Shown: positions 9,171 through 20,062, numbered from the stretch's first letter. The stretch: 64,000 bases of DNA from Spirochaetaceae bacterium (GCA_046542845.1 JBKHAN010000007.1:2744-66743), one strand, 5' to 3'. Notes: a model not told the origin generated them from the letters alone. Program-made: numbers and translations.

Positions 9171-12100
9171 TTGAACGTCAAGGACCAGAACCTGTTCACG
9201 AACATCCTGCAGGGTATCCTGATTATCTCGTTTGTCGGTCTTACGTTCGTTCTGTTCGGACCCGTCCAAAGGCGTGTCGCGGAGCGTATGGAGAGCCTGC
9301 ACGCGGAAACGGTAGCGCTTATCGAGGCGAGGCTCGGGCGCAGCTTCTCGTATGATCGGATATCACCATCTATTTTCACCAGATTTACTATCCGCGGCGT
9401 TACGATCGGTTCCGTGGAGCAACGTGATCCGCTTCTCGAACTTGACTCACTTCAGGTTCGTTATCGGGTCCTGCCGCTTATCACCGGAAACCTGCAACGG
9501 GCGATACGGGACATCCGGCTTCAGAATACCGCGCTCAGCATCGATACGGTCGACGACCGTGAGCTCGTTGAGCTCCTTCTCGGCGCGGTTGGGACAGACC
9601 CGGCTATCGAGACGGACCAGGAAGGACTCCTCACGGCGATTCCGGAAGGTATTACGGTATCCGGCCGGAACCTGACCGTTTCCGTCCGGGACGCAGTCGG
9701 AACCATACGCGCAAGCCGTCTGAGCTTTAACGCCCGACAGGGAGAAGGAGGGCTTGCGGTCGACGCGAACCTGAACCTCGCGGGGGAGACGGCGCTGTGG
9801 CCCGAACTCGGTCGCATAGACGCACGAGTGCGTGTTGAAACCCAGTTCGACGAGACTATTGAGAACGTCAGCGCTCTGCTCGACGTAGCAAGCTTCGAGA
9901 GCGACCTGTTCAGTGTCAACAGACAACAGTTCCGGCTGCAAGCCGGAAACGGCGAACTTGAGGTTCGCAAGGTCGAAGACGCTGCTCCGATCGATCTGTC
10001 ACTGCAATGGACAGGGGATACGCTGGATGTGCTCGTCGACGCCGAGGAGTACAGGCTTTCGGACTTCATTCGTCTCGAGGGCGGTTGGGCGGATGCCGAT
10101 CCCTGGCTCGCAAGCACCATGACCGGGAGCGCGCGCTTTCGCTGGGACAGGGAAGCCGGCACGGAGTACCTCGCCGATTTTTCAGCTCGCGTCCCGGAGA
10201 ATCAGATACAGGGGGGGATAGAGTTCGACATCCGCGCCCGCGGAGATCGCTCGCTGGCTCGGGTTCCGCTTTTGCAGGTTGGAACGCCCTACGGAAGAAT
10301 AATGTTCACGGGCTCCATACCCCTTCAGACGCTTCGTCCGACCGGATCGCTGCAACTCGACCGGATCGCACTCCCCGGTGCACCCGCGCTGAGTGCGTCG
10401 CTGACCGTGTCCGAAGACGACGGTGCGAGTGTATTTGAAGCGTCCCGGGTCGAATACGAGGGCCTTCTGATCACCGACTTCGTGGGACGCGTGAATCGCA
10501 CGGGCTCGCTCGTACAGCTCGACGTGTCGACTCAGCTCCCGGGCCCCGGAACTGTCAGGGCATGGGGGCGCGTTGATCTGAACTCGCCGCTCGATGCCCG
10601 CCTGTCCGCGGTCGTATCCGACGTTTCTGTACGGTCTGCAGCCGTCCCGCTCGTAGACGCACTGCTCGATATCCCGGAACAGGTCAGCCCGGCTGCAGTT
10701 CCGGAGGGCCTCTCGCTCTCGGGTTTCGTCGACTGGCAGGGCCTGGTTCCCGAAACTCGCCGGGCCAGAGCGGAGGTTCGCGTGGAGGGCGACGGCACTC
10801 AGGAGCTCTCGTCGCAGATCACGCTTGCTGCCGAGGGAAACGAAATCGATGGTAACGTCGCTCTGAGCATTCCCGATCTCCAGTTCAGCGGTGAGTACCG
10901 TTATCGACCGACACACAGCGCGTCTCTTGAAGTCGACTCGCGTCTGATGGTTCAGGGTGTAGAGTATGACATAACCGCGATGCTCAGCGAACAATACCTG
11001 TACGTATCCGGTGGTGCAGGAATACAGGCGGAGGTTCTGTTTCCGCCGGGACAGGCGTTGTCGGCTTCTGTTCGCCTGCGCAACGTTCCCGTACCACGCT
11101 CGGCGTACACCAACGAACGCTCGCGGATTTCCGCAGACGTCGAGGGTGAGTACGCAAACAGCGAAGACTGGAGCGCGGACGTCCGCGAGCTTAGGGTCCA
11201 CGAGATTGTTCTTCCATTTCTTGAGTCGGTCAATGTTTCGGCACGGGGTAGAGCCGACGAAGCCGGCGCCGTTGTCGAACAGCTGAGCTTTGAGGATGAG
11301 ATCGGTACGCTTGAGGCGGCCGCAATCCTGCAGTGGGAGCGTGACCGGGAATTTTCGGTCGATCTTGTTGCGGACAACCCCCGCGACAGGGGCGAACGCT
11401 ACGAACTGCAACTGTCGGTTTCAGACGCGGTACAGGGCAGCCTGCAGTTGCGAGACGCAGACCTCAGCCGCGCCCGAGTCGATGCCTTGTCCGGTTCGGC
11501 GGACGCAGATATTCAGATCGACGGTACCCTGGAGGCACCGGAATTCTCCGGCGACGTAACCACGAACAACGCAGTGCTCGACGGCGAAGAGCTTGAAGCG
11601 GGCGCTGCATTTTCTCTGAATCGAGATCAAATCCGGATCACCGAGTTTAACGGCAGCTACATAGGCGCACGATTTGAGAATGGAACAGCCGTGCTTTCGT
11701 CGGCGGACGAAACAGTCCTCGCAAACCTGGACACGGAAGTGCCCCTGGGCGGCGAGCTGTACGACGTTCGGGTCGAGGTCGACGGACAGGTTTACACTGA
11801 CGTCGACGGTGCAGCTGCAGCAGAAACACCGGTCCTTGATCGTAACGTTGAACTTTTTGTCCGTATACGCGGATTGCCGGTTTTCGCGGACCTGCCCGAC
11901 GTATGGGAGTTTAATCTTGGTCGGCGGGACGGCCGTGTCAGCATTATCGGCGGACCTGAAGAATCAATAGCCGTTGTTATTGAGGACGGGGGCGAGTTTT
12001 TCATGACCTTTTCCGATCCCCTCCCGTTGAACCTGGACGCGGATGGTATGTTCTCCGCCGGCGAAGTGGAACTGAACCTCACCGGCCTTCGTCTCGACGT

Positions 12101-13511
12101 AGCCACGATCCCTGATGTATTCGATTTTGGAGACGTAGCGATAACTGCAGGACGCGCCTCCGGCAGTCTCCGCATGACAGGACCGCTGACGGACCCGGAT
12201 TTTTTCGGAACGGTGCCGATCGAGGATTTCGGCATGACAGTTTCACAGTTGCCGGATGAGATTGGCCCCGCCGACGGCTTTCTTGTGTTTTCAGAGAAAG
12301 AAATGCGCATCCACCCGCTCGAAACACGAATCGGGCAGGCACGGGCGGAGGCTTCCGGAGTTTTTCTGATCAGCCGGTGGAACATTGAGCAGTACGAGCT
12401 GCTCGTGGAAACGAACGACGAACCGGGGGTGCGGTTCGCCGAAGATTTTGGCGGCTTTATCGTCGACGGGTACGGCAGGGGTACTTTGAGCCTGATACAA
12501 GACGGAGCCGACCTTTTACTCTCCGGAGACCTGACCGCTCACAACACCACAATGACGGTAGGGTCCGAAGGCGAGACCCGTGACGACCTACAGGCTGCTG
12601 CGAATAATCCACTTCTCGTGGACCTGACGATCACATCCGGTCGATCGGTCGAATTTCTCTGGCCGACGACGCAGCTTCCAATCCTGCGCGCCGTGACGGC
12701 TCCCGGGGCAATGGTCCGGATACAGGCTGATACGGTGCGGAATACGTTTCAGCTCGTTGGAGACGTGGAAACGCAGGGCGGGGAGCTGTTTTATCTCGAC
12801 AGAACCTTTTTGATTCGCGAAGGTCTGATTCGCTTTAACGAAACCCAGGAAACCGTCGACCCGCGAGTGACGCTACGAGCCGAAACCCGGGACATTGGCC
12901 CCGATGGACCCGTACGCATTTCGATAATCGCAGAGGAAAGCCCTTTGAGTGATCTGACGGTGAGGGCGGTAAGCGAACCACCGCTGTCGGACGAGGAACT
13001 GCTCGCCATATTCGGCGGCGGGGTCTTTGCAACGGGCGATTCCCTCGTGAGCCTCTCCGGAGCGGTTCTGGCCGGAAGCGATATCGTCAGTCAGTTCGGT
13101 GTCATCCGGAGCGTAGAAGCGGGCGTCCGAAATGCGCTGCAGCTTGACCTTTTCAGCGTACGCACGCAACTGTTTCAGAATCTCGTCCGGGGCGTCATTG
13201 ACGAGCCCGCGATAGATTCCGAGGAGGCGGCAATACCAAGTCTTGGAAGGGTATTCAATAATACCACGGTATTTCTCGGACGTTCTCTCGGTCCGGACGT
13301 GTTTGCTGAACTGCTTGTGCAGTTTCGTGCAAGTGATCCCTTCGAGGATGTCAGCGAACGAGCCTTTGCCGGCATTGAAGTAGACAGCGAATTCAGTCTC
13401 GAGTTTGAGACACCTTTTTTCGATCTGCAGTGGAGCTTTTTTCCACGAACTCCGGACGCATTATTCGTGCCGGATAATCAATTTACCTTTTCATGGGGCT
13501 TTACCTACTGA
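9171..13511 (+). CDS. tamB: TamB/AsmA-like translocation and assembly module protein
   Basis: 1446-aa ORF with a single N-terminal TM helix (ILIISFVGLTFVLFG) and a long beta-rich body. The C-terminal ending is TamB/DUF490-type (FSLEFETPFFDLQWSFFPR...FTFSWGFTY). It sits immediately upstream of bamA. The start is the TTG given by the track. No in-frame ATG precedes the TM helix, so the start is uncertain. Confidence 0.8.
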   Translation: MNVKDQNLFTNILQGILIISFVGLTFVLFGPVQRRVAERMESLHAETVALIEARLGRSFSYDRISPSIFTRFTIRGVTIGSVEQRDPLLELDSLQVRYRVLPLITGNLQRAIRDIRLQNTALSIDTVDDRELVELLLGAVGTDPAIETDQEGLLTAIPEGITVSGRNLTVSVRDAVGTIRASRLSFNARQGEGGLAVDANLNLAGETALWPELGRIDARVRVETQFDETIENVSALLDVASFESDLFSVNRQQFRLQAGNGELEVRKVEDAAPIDLSLQWTGDTLDVLVDAEEYRLSDFIRLEGGWADADPWLASTMTGSARFRWDREAGTEYLADFSARVPENQIQGGIEFDIRARGDRSLARVPLLQVGTPYGRIMFTGSIPLQTLRPTGSLQLDRIALPGAPALSASLTVSEDDGASVFEASRVEYEGLLITDFVGRVNRTGSLVQLDVSTQLPGPGTVRAWGRVDLNSPLDARLSAVVSDVSVRSAAVPLVDALLDIPEQVSPAAVPEGLSLSGFVDWQGLVPETRRARAEVRVEGDGTQELSSQITLAAEGNEIDGNVALSIPDLQFSGEYRYRPTHSASLEVDSRLMVQGVEYDITAMLSEQYLYVSGGAGIQAEVLFPPGQALSASVRLRNVPVPRSAYTNERSRISADVEGEYANSEDWSADVRELRVHEIVLPFLESVNVSARGRADEAGAVVEQLSFEDEIGTLEAAAILQWERDREFSVDLVADNPRDRGERYELQLSVSDAVQGSLQLRDADLSRARVDALSGSADADIQIDGTLEAPEFSGDVTTNNAVLDGEELEAGAAFSLNRDQIRITEFNGSYIGARFENGTAVLSSADETVLANLDTEVPLGGELYDVRVEVDGQVYTDVDGAAAAETPVLDRNVELFVRIRGLPVFADLPDVWEFNLGRRDGRVSIIGGPEESIAVVIEDGGEFFMTFSDPLPLNLDADGMFSAGEVELNLTGLRLDVATIPDVFDFGDVAITAGRASGSLRMTGPLTDPDFFGTVPIEDFGMTVSQLPDEIGPADGFLVFSEKEMRIHPLETRIGQARAEASGVFLISRWNIEQYELLVETNDEPGVRFAEDFGGFIVDGYGRGTLSLIQDGADLLLSGDLTAHNTTMTVGSEGETRDDLQAAANNPLLVDLTITSGRSVEFLWPTTQLPILRAVTAPGAMVRIQADTVRNTFQLVGDVETQGGELFYLDRTFLIREGLIRFNETQETVDPRVTLRAETRDIGPDGPVRISIIAEESPLSDLTVRAVSEPPLSDEELLAIFGGGVFATGDSLVSLSGAVLAGSDIVSQFGVIRSVEAGVRNALQLDLFSVRTQLFQNLVRGVIDEPAIDSEEAAIPSLGRVFNNTTVFLGRSLGPDVFAELLVQFRASDPFEDVSERAFAGIEVDSEFSLEFETPFFDLQWSFFPRTPDALFVPDNQFTFSWGFTY

Positions 13512-13568
13512 AGGTTAACAAAGCGCCCGCCGTCCACTATGATACGGGCAGCTATGCAAGGAGATTCT

Positions 13569-16154
13569 ATGCGAACCCGTGCCCTGGTCGCCATTGCGAT
13601 CATATTTTTACTTCCCGGTGTTCTTGGTGCTCAGGACAACGAATGGTTTCTCGAACGCGAGATCGTAGATATCACGTTCGAAGGCCTTGAGAACGTACGC
13701 GAAAGTGATCTCACTGGAGTCACCGAACCCTTTATTGGTCGTACCTTCACCGACAGTGTATTCAACGATATTCAGCGACGCCTGTTTGCACTCGATCTGT
13801 TTACCGATCTGATTCCCGAGGCGGTCAGACCTGCCGATGACGTCGGGATGATTCTGAACTTTATTGTCACTGAACGGCCAACAGTTGCGGAGGTTCGGTT
13901 TGAAGGGAATAGGAACTTCAGAGCGACTCGCCTTATCGAGGAAATTGTTGTCGGTGTCGGGGACGTCGTCATAAGCTCACGCCTTCGAAGTGACACCGGC
14001 GCACTGGAAGATTTCTACCAGGAACAGGGCTACGCAAACGCGACCGTCGAACACGAGGTCTCAGACGTAGACGAAGACAACAGGCAGATTGTCACCTTTC
14101 GCATCGAGGAAGGTGCCCGCACCACGATCGATGAAGTTCAGTTTGTCGGGAACGCGTTTGCGTCGGCAGGATCGCTCCGGCGTGCCATCGTGACCCGCGA
14201 GCAGAGCATCTTTAACTCGGGGGTCTTTCGCGAAGGTAATCTGGAGGAAGACCGCGAAGCCATTCAGAGCTGGTACGCGGAACGAGGATTTGTCGATGCG
14301 CGGGTAAACGAGATAGACCGGGAGGTCATAGAAGACGACGACCCACTGCGCACGCGTCTCAGGATTACGTACTTTATTGAGGAGGGAGATCAGTTCACGT
14401 TTGATGGTTTCGAGTTCGATGGAAACGTCATTTTTTCAGAAGATCAGCTTCTCAGAGGCGTTCGGCTGCAGGAGGGGAGCGTACTCAACGCGGTACAGCT
14501 TCAGCAGGACTTTGACGCAATTCTTGACGTGTACCGTGAAGGCGGATATCTGTTCAACGAGATCGACCTGGAGGAACGGCGTGACGAGACGAGCGACAGC
14601 ATTGGCTACACGGTTCGTGTCGTCGAGCGCGGACGCGCACGCATTGAAAACATCCGTGTGCGCGGCAACGAACGAACACGGGACCACGTGATTCTGCGTG
14701 AAGTGCCTCTGCAGGAAGGGGACGTGTTCAGTCTCACGAGGCTCAGGCAGGGGCTGCAGAATCTGGCCAACACGCAGTTTTTCACCGGTGTCGTACACGA
14801 TATACCTGAAGGAAGCGTACCGGGCTTGCTGGATCTTGTGCTGACCGTAGAGGAAGCACCCACTACCGACCTGACCTTCGGTGTCACTTTCGGCGGAGGA
14901 GGGGATTTTCCCGTAAGCGGTCAGGTCGGCTGGCAGGACCGGAATTTCCGCGGACTCGGTCAGACCTTCGGATTGAACGCGACTGCATCTCCGGGAACGC
15001 AAAGTCTTTCTCTGACCTTTCAGGAACGCTGGTTCACCGGTCGGCCCTGGTCGCTCGGTGGGGACATCACCGTAACGCGTGACGTACGGCCGAACGAGCC
15101 GCAGGACGTTCTCTCACCGTTTGGCGTCACCGATCCATTTACGGGGGAATACGTGTTTTCGGGTGACCGGACTTTTAACGACACCGTGTACTCCGCCGGC
15201 GACCCCTTCCCGGGCATCCCGACAGACGAGGAGATCGAGGACTTGAACCTCGTCACTGACTTTGAGTACGCAGGCGGCAGCACAGGCGTACCCGAAGACT
15301 ACCTTATGACCTACGAAGAGTGGAGCGTGTCCACCGGCGCCAACACGAGCCGGCGTTTCACGACTCCGATTGGACGGCTCACCCTCGGTACGAACGGACG
15401 GATCCGGGTTACATTTGCAACCTACGACGACACGCTCTTCCGACCTGCAGATCCCATACTCAGGGATAATCTGAACCAGTGGCGCTTTGTGAACAGCCTT
15501 GGATTCAACGCGTCCCTCGACGACAGGGATATTATCTTCAATCCGTCCTCGGGCGGTATCGTACGCCAGGAACTCAGCTTTGTCGGAGGTCCACTCGGTG
15601 GTAACCGGCACTATATCAGCACGGATACGAGAGCCGAACACTTCTTCACCCTCTGGGACCTTCCGGTCTCAGATTCGTGGAACTGGAAGGGAGTCCTCGG
15701 CGCACACACCTCCGTCGGGATTCAGTGGCCGACGTTTTTTCGCTGGGACGGAGGCGACCCGTTCGAGCCAGGTCCGGACGAACTGTTCATAGACGGTCAG
15801 ACGGTAGCGCGCGGCTGGCCACGCCGTGAGGGAGAAGCCAGGTGGAACAACTGGATCGAACTCCGGCAACCCATAGCACCACAGGTGGTCTGGTTTGACA
15901 CCTTTCTTGATGCTGTCGCGCTGTACGACGAACGATCCGACATATTGAGCACGGAAAGGACCGATTTTCTGTTTACCATGGGCGCCGGGCTGCGATTTAC
16001 AATTCCGCAGTTTCCGATACGGTTGTATCTCGGCAAGCGCTTCAGCTATGACAACGATGGATTACAGTGGGAACCGGGCGACGTTTTCAACAATCCCGAC
16101 CGGCCGGATTCCGGACTACAGTTTATCTTCAGTCTCGGCACGGAGTTCTTCTGA
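13569..16154 (+). CDS. bamA: Outer membrane protein assembly factor BamA
   Basis: Repeated POTRA-type segments (IVDITFEGLENV, VAEVRFEGNRNF, IDEVQFVGNAF, FDGFEFDGNVIFS, IENIRVRGNERTRDHVILRE). The C-terminal barrel ends in GLQFIFSLGTEFF. I moved the start to ATG 13569 (MRTRALVAIAIIFLLPGVLGAQ signal peptide), which follows AAGGAG at 13557-13562. Confidence 0.9.
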   Translation: MRTRALVAIAIIFLLPGVLGAQDNEWFLEREIVDITFEGLENVRESDLTGVTEPFIGRTFTDSVFNDIQRRLFALDLFTDLIPEAVRPADDVGMILNFIVTERPTVAEVRFEGNRNFRATRLIEEIVVGVGDVVISSRLRSDTGALEDFYQEQGYANATVEHEVSDVDEDNRQIVTFRIEEGARTTIDEVQFVGNAFASAGSLRRAIVTREQSIFNSGVFREGNLEEDREAIQSWYAERGFVDARVNEIDREVIEDDDPLRTRLRITYFIEEGDQFTFDGFEFDGNVIFSEDQLLRGVRLQEGSVLNAVQLQQDFDAILDVYREGGYLFNEIDLEERRDETSDSIGYTVRVVERGRARIENIRVRGNERTRDHVILREVPLQEGDVFSLTRLRQGLQNLANTQFFTGVVHDIPEGSVPGLLDLVLTVEEAPTTDLTFGVTFGGGGDFPVSGQVGWQDRNFRGLGQTFGLNATASPGTQSLSLTFQERWFTGRPWSLGGDITVTRDVRPNEPQDVLSPFGVTDPFTGEYVFSGDRTFNDTVYSAGDPFPGIPTDEEIEDLNLVTDFEYAGGSTGVPEDYLMTYEEWSVSTGANTSRRFTTPIGRLTLGTNGRIRVTFATYDDTLFRPADPILRDNLNQWRFVNSLGFNASLDDRDIIFNPSSGGIVRQELSFVGGPLGGNRHYISTDTRAEHFFTLWDLPVSDSWNWKGVLGAHTSVGIQWPTFFRWDGGDPFEPGPDELFIDGQTVARGWPRREGEARWNNWIELRQPIAPQVVWFDTFLDAVALYDERSDILSTERTDFLFTMGAGLRFTIPQFPIRLYLGKRFSYDNDGLQWEPGDVFNNPDRPDSGLQFIFSLGTEFF

Positions 16155-16189
16155 GACCCGTGCCGCGTACACCAGGGAGTAAAATTAAC

Positions 16190-16720
16190 GTGAGAATAAA
16201 ACGATGTACCGTACTGTTTGTGTTCCTCTTCGGCGCCGTGTGGAGCCTCACCGCCGAACAACTGACCACGGTGGCAGTTGTCGACATGGAACAGGTGCTG
16301 AACCAGTTTTTCAGCGAAAGTCAGGCCGTGCGCGCGTGGCGATCGGATGTTGAAGCATTCGACGAGCAACGCCGCGAAATCGAAACGGAGATAACCGATC
16401 TCGAAGACGAGCGACTCGCCGCCGTCGAACGCGGGAACGATACGACCGCGCTTCGCCTTGAAGGTGAGATAGACGAGCGGAGAACGTTTTTAACCGAGTT
16501 CGTCCGCATTCGAAGAGCGCAGCTTGAGCGTCAGCGCGAAGCGCTCCTTGCCGGCGACGATCAGTTCTTTCAGGAACTCGATGCCGCCCTTGCTTTTGTC
16601 GCCCAGAATGAAGGCTACACCCTTGTTGTCGATTCGGACCAACGCGGCCTTCTCTGGTTTTCGGATGAGGTAGATGTCACGCAGATGGTTGTAGGGAGAT
16701 TGCGCGAGGTTCTCGAATAA
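16190..16720 (+). CDS. skp: OmpH/Skp-like periplasmic chaperone
   Basis: Signal peptide (RIKRCTVLFVFLFGAVWSLTA) followed by an E/R/Q-rich coiled-coil body. Its position directly after bamA fits Skp. No in-frame ATG precedes the signal peptide, so I use GTG 16190, with GGGAG at 16175-16179. Confidence 0.7.
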   Translation: MRIKRCTVLFVFLFGAVWSLTAEQLTTVAVVDMEQVLNQFFSESQAVRAWRSDVEAFDEQRREIETEITDLEDERLAAVERGNDTTALRLEGEIDERRTFLTEFVRIRRAQLERQREALLAGDDQFFQELDAALAFVAQNEGYTLVVDSDQRGLLWFSDEVDVTQMVVGRLREVLE

Positions 16721-16721
16721 G

Positions 16722-19337
16722 TTGTCCGTTGAACTCACTCCCATGATGCAGCAGTACGCGCGCATCAAGGAACAGCACCGGGACGCGATCCTGTTTTTCC
16801 GTCTCGGTGACTTTTATGAGATGTTTCAGCGCGACGCTGAACAGGCGTCCCGGATACTGGGACTCACGTTGACGCAGCGTCAGGGTGTCCCCATGTGCGG
16901 TGTACCTCACCATGCAAGCCGCGGCTACATAGCGCGGCTGCTGAAAACGGGACGCAAAGTCGCGATCTGCGAACAAAAGCATGTGCCGGCGAATGGAAAG
17001 GGAATCGCCGAGCGCGAAGTTGTCGAGATTATCACGCCCGGGACGGTTATTGACGACGACTATCTCGACCGGCGCGAGTCGAACTGTCTGCTCGTCGTTG
17101 GAAGCCCGGACGAGGCGAGCGTCGTGTGTGCCGTCGGCGATGTTTCTACGGGCACGCTTACGATAGAGCTTCTCGCATCCGGCGACACCGCGCCCGCCTT
17201 GCGAGGTATCATTGCCCGCACTCAGCCGAAGGAGATTCTCGCACAGCAGACCGTGCTTGAGTCGTCGTCGGAGGTAGCGTCGGTCCTCTCGGATCTTCCT
17301 GTATCCGTCGCCCGCATTCCTGACTGGAATTTTGACGCATCTATAGGGTTTGAACGCCTGTGCCGCACCCTCGGTACGGTAAATCTCAAGAGCCACGGGA
17401 TCGAATCTGGTGATCCGGTCCTGGGATCCGTGGCGGTCTTTCTTTCCTACGCCGAAGAAACAACCGGGGTTCCACCCGTACTCCTCGGTGGATTCCGGGT
17501 TATGCGATCCAATACGCCCGTTCTCGACGAGTCAACCCTGCGAAATCTTGAAGTACTGCGGAATATGCAGGATGGAAGCAGATCGTACTCGCTCCTGCAG
17601 ACGGTCGACGCCACTGAAACCGCCATGGGAGCGCGTCTTCTGGGCGCCTGGCTTGCCTCGCCGTCGGTCGATACGCAACAGATTGTCGCACGCCACGACG
17701 CGGTGGAGGCCTTGTATCGTTCGCAGACGCGCCTGACCGGAATCAGACGTGAGCTTCAGAGCATGTCCGATATCGAACGACTCGCCACCCGCATCGCTCT
17801 CGGCCGCGCTCACGGGAAAGACCTCAAGGCCGTCGCTCAGTCTCTGCGGCAGGTTGAAACGCTCAACGAGCTGCTCGGCGACCCCCGCGAAGCGCTGTCG
17901 GAAACCGCCGCCGACCTGTTGATCCCGATACCGGGTGAACAGGCGCGCGCACGGCTCGCCGACCTGGCTGACACGCTTGAGTCTGCGCTTGTCGAAAACC
18001 CTTCAACGGTGGAGAACGAGGGTAATCTTATCCGTCCGGATTATGACCCGGAGCTGTCGGATCTGCACACCATCCGCGACACCGGCGAGCAGCGTATGCA
18101 GGAACATCTTGAGTCGGAGAAAGCGGCATCCGGTTTATCTACCCTGAAGCTGAAATATAATCGCGTCATTGGTCATTTTTTTGAAGTAACGCCGAGCCAG
18201 GCAGATCGGGTACCCCGACATTTCCGGCGACGGCAAAGCCTTGCAAACGCAGAGCGCTTCACGACCGACGAGCTCACCAACCTCGAACAGCGAATGTACG
18301 ACGCCGAGGAAAAAATCATCAATCTGGAACGGACGATATTTCTGACGCTCCGGTCACGGGCAATGTCGAACGCAGCGGAACTGGCCGGGACGGCGGCACG
18401 GGTAGCACGTATCGACGTACTCGCATCGTTCGCGTACACGGCGACTGTTCGCGCGTATACGCGACCGCAGATCACCGACACACCGCTTTTGTCGATTCGC
18501 GAGGGAAGACACCCCGTTGTAGAAGCGCACGTCGCTTCGGGAGATTTTGTACCCAACGACCTCGATCTGCACGCGGACCGCAATCGGTTCATACTCCTGA
18601 CCGGCCCGAACATGGCCGGGAAGTCAACTTATCTCAGGCAGACCGCGCTCATTGTCCTGCTCGCGCAGACAGGAAGTTTCGTTCCCGCAGCAAACGCCAC
18701 AGTCGGGATCGCGGACAGAATATTCTGCCGCGTCGGTGCAGGTGACAATCTGGCTCGGGGCGAAAGTACCTTTCTCGTTGAGATGAACGAGACCGCGTTT
18801 ATCCTTCGCCAGGCTTCGAAACGAAGCATCATAATTATGGATGAAGTTGGCCGTGGAACCGGCACCGTCGATGGGCTATCGATCGCACAGTCGGTATGTG
18901 AATACGTCGTCGACCGGATCCGATGCCGGACCCTGTTTGCGACCCACTACCACGAGCTGACAACCATGAAACTCGATGGCATTCACAACCACCGAATGGC
19001 GGTCAACGATCGTGGGGGCAGGATCGAGTTCCTGAAAAAGGTGGAAGAGGGTGCGACGCTGCAGAGCTACGGAATACACGTTGCAGAACTCGCGGGTATA
19101 CCCGAAGAGGTGATACAACGCGCGACTGAGCTGCTCGCAGAACACGGGGCCCGGTCAGCGGATCGCACGCACCCGCAGCAGGCCGAGCACAGTGATCGTG
19201 CACGTTCGGTGCAGTCGCTGTTTCAGACCGAAGAACTGGTAGCCGATATGCTGCGGAACACGAATATAGACGAAACCACTCCATTGGACGCGCTTCTTTT
19301 CCTGCAGAAACTGAAGAAAATACTGCAATCAGAATGA
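16722..19337 (+). CDS. mutS: DNA mismatch repair protein MutS
   Basis: TPMMQQY..IK, FFRLGDFYEMF, Walker A GPNMAGKSTYLRQ, DEVGRGT and FATHYHELT. The start is TTG 16722 from the track; ATG 16743 is an alternative. Confidence 0.9.
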   Translation: MSVELTPMMQQYARIKEQHRDAILFFRLGDFYEMFQRDAEQASRILGLTLTQRQGVPMCGVPHHASRGYIARLLKTGRKVAICEQKHVPANGKGIAEREVVEIITPGTVIDDDYLDRRESNCLLVVGSPDEASVVCAVGDVSTGTLTIELLASGDTAPALRGIIARTQPKEILAQQTVLESSSEVASVLSDLPVSVARIPDWNFDASIGFERLCRTLGTVNLKSHGIESGDPVLGSVAVFLSYAEETTGVPPVLLGGFRVMRSNTPVLDESTLRNLEVLRNMQDGSRSYSLLQTVDATETAMGARLLGAWLASPSVDTQQIVARHDAVEALYRSQTRLTGIRRELQSMSDIERLATRIALGRAHGKDLKAVAQSLRQVETLNELLGDPREALSETAADLLIPIPGEQARARLADLADTLESALVENPSTVENEGNLIRPDYDPELSDLHTIRDTGEQRMQEHLESEKAASGLSTLKLKYNRVIGHFFEVTPSQADRVPRHFRRRQSLANAERFTTDELTNLEQRMYDAEEKIINLERTIFLTLRSRAMSNAAELAGTAARVARIDVLASFAYTATVRAYTRPQITDTPLLSIREGRHPVVEAHVASGDFVPNDLDLHADRNRFILLTGPNMAGKSTYLRQTALIVLLAQTGSFVPAANATVGIADRIFCRVGAGDNLARGESTFLVEMNETAFILRQASKRSIIIMDEVGRGTGTVDGLSIAQSVCEYVVDRIRCRTLFATHYHELTTMKLDGIHNHRMAVNDRGGRIEFLKKVEEGATLQSYGIHVAELAGIPEEVIQRATELLAEHGARSADRTHPQQAEHSDRARSVQSLFQTEELVADMLRNTNIDETTPLDALLFLQKLKKILQSE

Positions 19338-20062
19338 ACACCGTCCAGGTATGTCGGGGTATGACATATCTTGCACGCGCCGAAGACTGGTTTCTGAACC
19401 GCCTGTGTCGTTCCTGCGGAACCCCGCTTGTGCTCTGCCCCGATCACACGGGATTAATATGCCGTGAATGCAGGGTGGTACTCCAACGCTCGTATCTCAG
19501 CGGGCGTCTGTGCGAGTGCTGCGGCTCGCCACTTCTTGGCGGCCTTTCGCCGTGTCGCCACTGCAGGGAACACCCGCCTGCGTACACGAACCACCGTTCG
19601 GTCTTTTTATATACCTCGCTGCCCGCGACGCTCGTCGTTGATTTCAAGGGGCGCGGCTTTCGTCGGCTTGCTGCGTATTTCGCGGAAACGATGCTTACGG
19701 TGCTGCCTCCCTGCGACCTGCTCGTACCCGTGCCCTTCCGACCGGCATCGGTCCGGCAAAGACCATTTGATCCGGTAACGCTCCTCGTGCGAGAGCTGTC
19801 CCGTCTGAGCACCGTACCCTCCGGTTTTATCCTGAACCGCCGCGCCGGGCGGAGCCAGAAATCGCTGAGCCGGGAAGACCGTCTCACGAACCTTGACGGC
19901 GCGATACGTCTGAATCGTCACCGAAACACCTGTCTTCGAGGCCTGTCGCTTTGCCTGATCGACGACGTCTTCACGACTGGTGCGACGGTCCATCAGTGCG
20001 CTCGCGTCCTGCTTCAAGACGAACCTGCCGCGGTGTATGTCAGAACGATCGCCATGGACTGA
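19334..20062 (+). CDS. comF: ComF family protein (phosphoribosyltransferase fold)
   Basis: N-terminal Cys-rich zinc-ribbon-like region (CRSCG...CRECR...CECCG...CRHC) and a C-terminal PRPP-binding loop (LIDDVFTTGATV). It overlaps the mutS stop by 4 nt. Confidence 0.8.
   Translation: MNTVQVCRGMTYLARAEDWFLNRLCRSCGTPLVLCPDHTGLICRECRVVLQRSYLSGRLCECCGSPLLGGLSPCRHCREHPPAYTNHRSVFLYTSLPATLVVDFKGRGFRRLAAYFAETMLTVLPPCDLLVPVPFRPASVRQRPFDPVTLLVRELSRLSTVPSGFILNRRAGRSQKSLSREDRLTNLDGAIRLNRHRNTCLRGLSLCLIDDVFTTGATVHQCARVLLQDEPAAVYVRTIAMD

Noticed and set aside
10182-11411. 409-aa ORF antisense to tamB. Similar long antisense ORFs include 44331..45305 opposite prs, 41188..42069, 53843..54727, 56194..57135, 49192..49980, 47011..47799 and 62233..63018.
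   Set aside because: 10182..11411 and 44331..45305 are codon-aligned with the sense gene (offsets 1011 and 255 nt, both multiples of 3). I did not check register for the others, but each lies opposite a gene with strong homology or structure. This is the expected artefact of GC-rich codon bias.
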